This document shows, in pieces, positions 62,467 through 64,000 of a stretch of DNA of 64,000 nucleotides (its first letter is position 1; every line of letters begins with the position of its first letter). Position numbers and translations under genes: made by a program. This DNA is from an uncultured Alphaproteobacteria bacterium. GTDB taxonomy: Bacteria; Pseudomonadota; Alphaproteobacteria; HIMB59; GCA-002718135. The DNA lies in the NCBI GenBank assembly GCA_902561355.1, contig CACEPG010000004.1, positions 13,133 to 77,132 on the forward strand, in the 5' to 3' direction. Below the pieces are notes generated by a model. That model searched no databases, was not told the DNA's origin, and saw nothing but the letters and a program-made list of their open reading frames with translations.

Positions 62467-63146
62467 TGAAGAAAAATATTTTACTAGTAGATGATGATCA
62501 AAGATTAAGAGAATTACTAAAAGACTATCTAAGTGAAAAAAAACTTGATGTTTTTGTTTGTGATGATTTTAATAATGCTGATCAAATAATTAAATTTTTT
62601 ATTTTTGATTTAATTATACTGGATAGGATGATGCCAACAGGTGATGGTATTGATTTAATTTCTTCTATCAAAAAATACTCTAATACTCCAGTGATTATGT
62701 TAACTGCAATGGGAGAGGATGTAAATAAAATTGATGGTTTAAAAACTGGAGCTGATGATTACGTATCTAAACCTTTTGAACCTGAAGAACTTTATTTAAG
62801 AATAAAAAAATTGTTACTACTTTATAATAATATTAATAACCAACAAATTAATATAGGTTTTGGAGAATACATATTTAATACAACAACTTTAAATCTTAAA
62901 AAAAATGAAAAAATAATTTATTTAACAGAAGGAGAAAATAATCTTTTATTAAAATTAGTAAAAAAAAGAAATGACATTGTTTTAAGGGAGGAATTAGCTG
63001 ATAGTGAATTTGATGAGACAGAATTAAGAAAAGTAGATGTAAGTATAACAAGATTGAGACAAAAAATTGAAACTAACCCAAAACAACCTCAATTCATTAA
63101 AACAGTGAGAGGAAAAGGTTACAAGTTAATTTGTAATAAATTATGA
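62466..63146 (+). CDS. OmpR-family two-component response regulator
   Basis: 226 aa. Receiver domain (LLVDDD..., LIILDRMMP, conserved K in VSKPF) and a winged-helix output domain (ITRLRQKIE...IKTVRGKGY). Confidence 0.9.
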   Translation: MKKNILLVDDDQRLRELLKDYLSEKKLDVFVCDDFNNADQIIKFFIFDLIILDRMMPTGDGIDLISSIKKYSNTPVIMLTAMGEDVNKIDGLKTGADDYVSKPFEPEELYLRIKKLLLLYNNINNQQINIGFGEYIFNTTTLNLKKNEKIIYLTEGENNLLLKLVKKRNDIVLREELADSEFDETELRKVDVSITRLRQKIETNPKQPQFIKTVRGKGYKLICNKL

Positions 63147-64000
63147 TTTATAAAAAATTAATTCCTTCTTCATTATTAGGAAGATCAATAATTATAATTT
63201 TTGTTCCCATAATTATTTTAGTTATATTGACAGCATTTGTTTTTTACCAAACTTCCTGGAATATAATCTCTAAACGTTTAACTCAATCTGTAGTTGCAGA
63301 TATTAATGTTATTGTAAAATTATTTGATCAGGATTTAAAACTTAATGCAATTCAAATTGCTAAAGATGATTTTAAAATGGATATTGATATAATACCGAAA
63401 AAAAACTTAGATCCTTTTTCTTTTAGAACTGAAAGTGGCATTTTGTCAAAAAGATTAAATCAGGCACTAGAAGAATTAGATAAACCTTTTTTTTATGATG
63501 TAAGCAATATTGATAAAGGTGCAAAAATAGCAATTTTGTTAGATAATAATTTTCTAATTATTAATGTTAATAAAGATAGACTTTATAGTGAAAGTGCTTT
63601 TGTGTTTTTGTTATGGATGATTTTTGCATCTTTAATCCTACTTTTTTTCTCTTATTTTTTTATGAGTAAACAGATAAGGCCTTTAAAAAGATTATCAATT
63701 ATTGCTGAAACATTTGGAAGAGGTTTAGATGCGCCAGAACTAAAAAGTACAGGTGCTAGTGAAATAAAACAAACTGCAATTGCATTTAATCAAATGCGTA
63801 CTAGAATAAGACGTTTTTTAAAACAACGCACAGATATGTTAGCTGGAGTAAGTCATGATTTGCGAACTCCTTTAACTAGAATGAAACTACAAGTATCTCT
63901 TTTGAAAGATGAAAAAGCAAAAAAGGAATTTGAACTAGACATAAAAGAAATGACAGCAATGCTAGATAGTTATGTTAGTTTTGTAAGATCAGAAGCTCCT
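63143..64000 (+). CDS. Sensor histidine kinase (EnvZ/ChvG-like), 5' part; continues beyond the right edge
   Basis: Not in the ORF track because it is open at the edge. ATGA overlap with the regulator stop. Two TM segments flank a periplasmic domain, followed by a HAMP-like region and the H-box GVSHDLRTPLTRM. Confidence 0.85.
   Translation, partial: MIYKKLIPSSLLGRSIIIIFVPIIILVILTAFVFYQTSWNIISKRLTQSVVADINVIVKLFDQDLKLNAIQIAKDDFKMDIDIIPKKNLDPFSFRTESGILSKRLNQALEELDKPFFYDVSNIDKGAKIAILLDNNFLIINVNKDRLYSESAFVFLLWMIFASLILLFFSYFFMSKQIRPLKRLSIIAETFGRGLDAPELKSTGASEIKQTAIAFNQMRTRIRRFLKQRTDMLAGVSHDLRTPLTRMKLQVSLLKDEKAKKEFELDIKEMTAMLDSYVSFVRSEAP

Noticed and set aside
1-64000. tRNA, rRNA, CRISPR arrays, insertion sequences, integrases and prophage genes.
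   Set aside because: All spacers longer than 80 nt were read on both strands: 13136-13298, 23936-24108, 36725-36842, 43172-43305, 46998-47114, 54581-54667 and 57797-57900. None has cloverleaf-capable GC stems or regularly spaced direct repeats, and no ORF has transposase, integrase or phage structural motifs.

Overview
The window is very AT-rich and tightly packed, with about 65 genes, many 1-10 nt overlaps and almost no intergenic DNA. I found no rRNA, tRNA, CRISPR array, transposase or integrase. The composition, gene packing and gene content (aprM-aprBA, xsc, tpa, hemJ, very few regulators) fit a streamlined marine alphaproteobacterium of the SAR11/Pelagibacter type; this is an inference, not a database result.

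Content, left to right:
1. A six-gene heme biosynthesis string (hemC/D fusion, hemB, hemE, hemH, hemF, hemJ).
2. A MotA/MotB-like proton-channel pair whose MotB-like member carries a coiled coil of about 430 aa, followed by a secreted pentapeptide-repeat protein.
3. Housekeeping genes: cfa, msrA, a Nudix hydrolase, a BCP-type peroxiredoxin and an agmatinase-family enzyme.
4. A carbohydrate locus: a GH31 glycosidase, a sugar ABC importer, a fucose/arabinose-isomerase-like enzyme and a Gfo/Idh/MocA oxidoreductase.
5. A long co-directional array joining a family-5 (Opp/Dpp-type) ABC importer to a DMT carrier, sulfopyruvate decarboxylase (comDE), a PfkB kinase and a 2-hydroxyacid dehydrogenase.
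6. An aminotransferase-alanine dehydrogenase-ureohydrolase-DUF1989 operon facing pta.
7. aprM-aprBA, flanked by a CysC-like kinase, a mini HxGH nucleotidyltransferase and cysQ.
8. A Rieske oxygenase, a methyltransferase, an M24 (DddP-like) enzyme and xsc.
9. uvrC, pgsA, moaDE, ilvE and a MarR/OmpR-type response regulator/histidine kinase tricistron.

The most interesting signal is that roughly 31 kb (26.5-57.8 kb) reads as an organosulfonate funnel: several routes converge on sulfoacetaldehyde, then sulfite, then APS. It has three unexplained add-ons:
- a possible sulfosugar entry route;
- a guanidino-compound hydrolase module fused to the taurine-type module;
- an APS/PAPS-handling set lacking a canonical ATP sulfurylase.

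All functional calls rest on motifs I could read in the translations. No searches were run.
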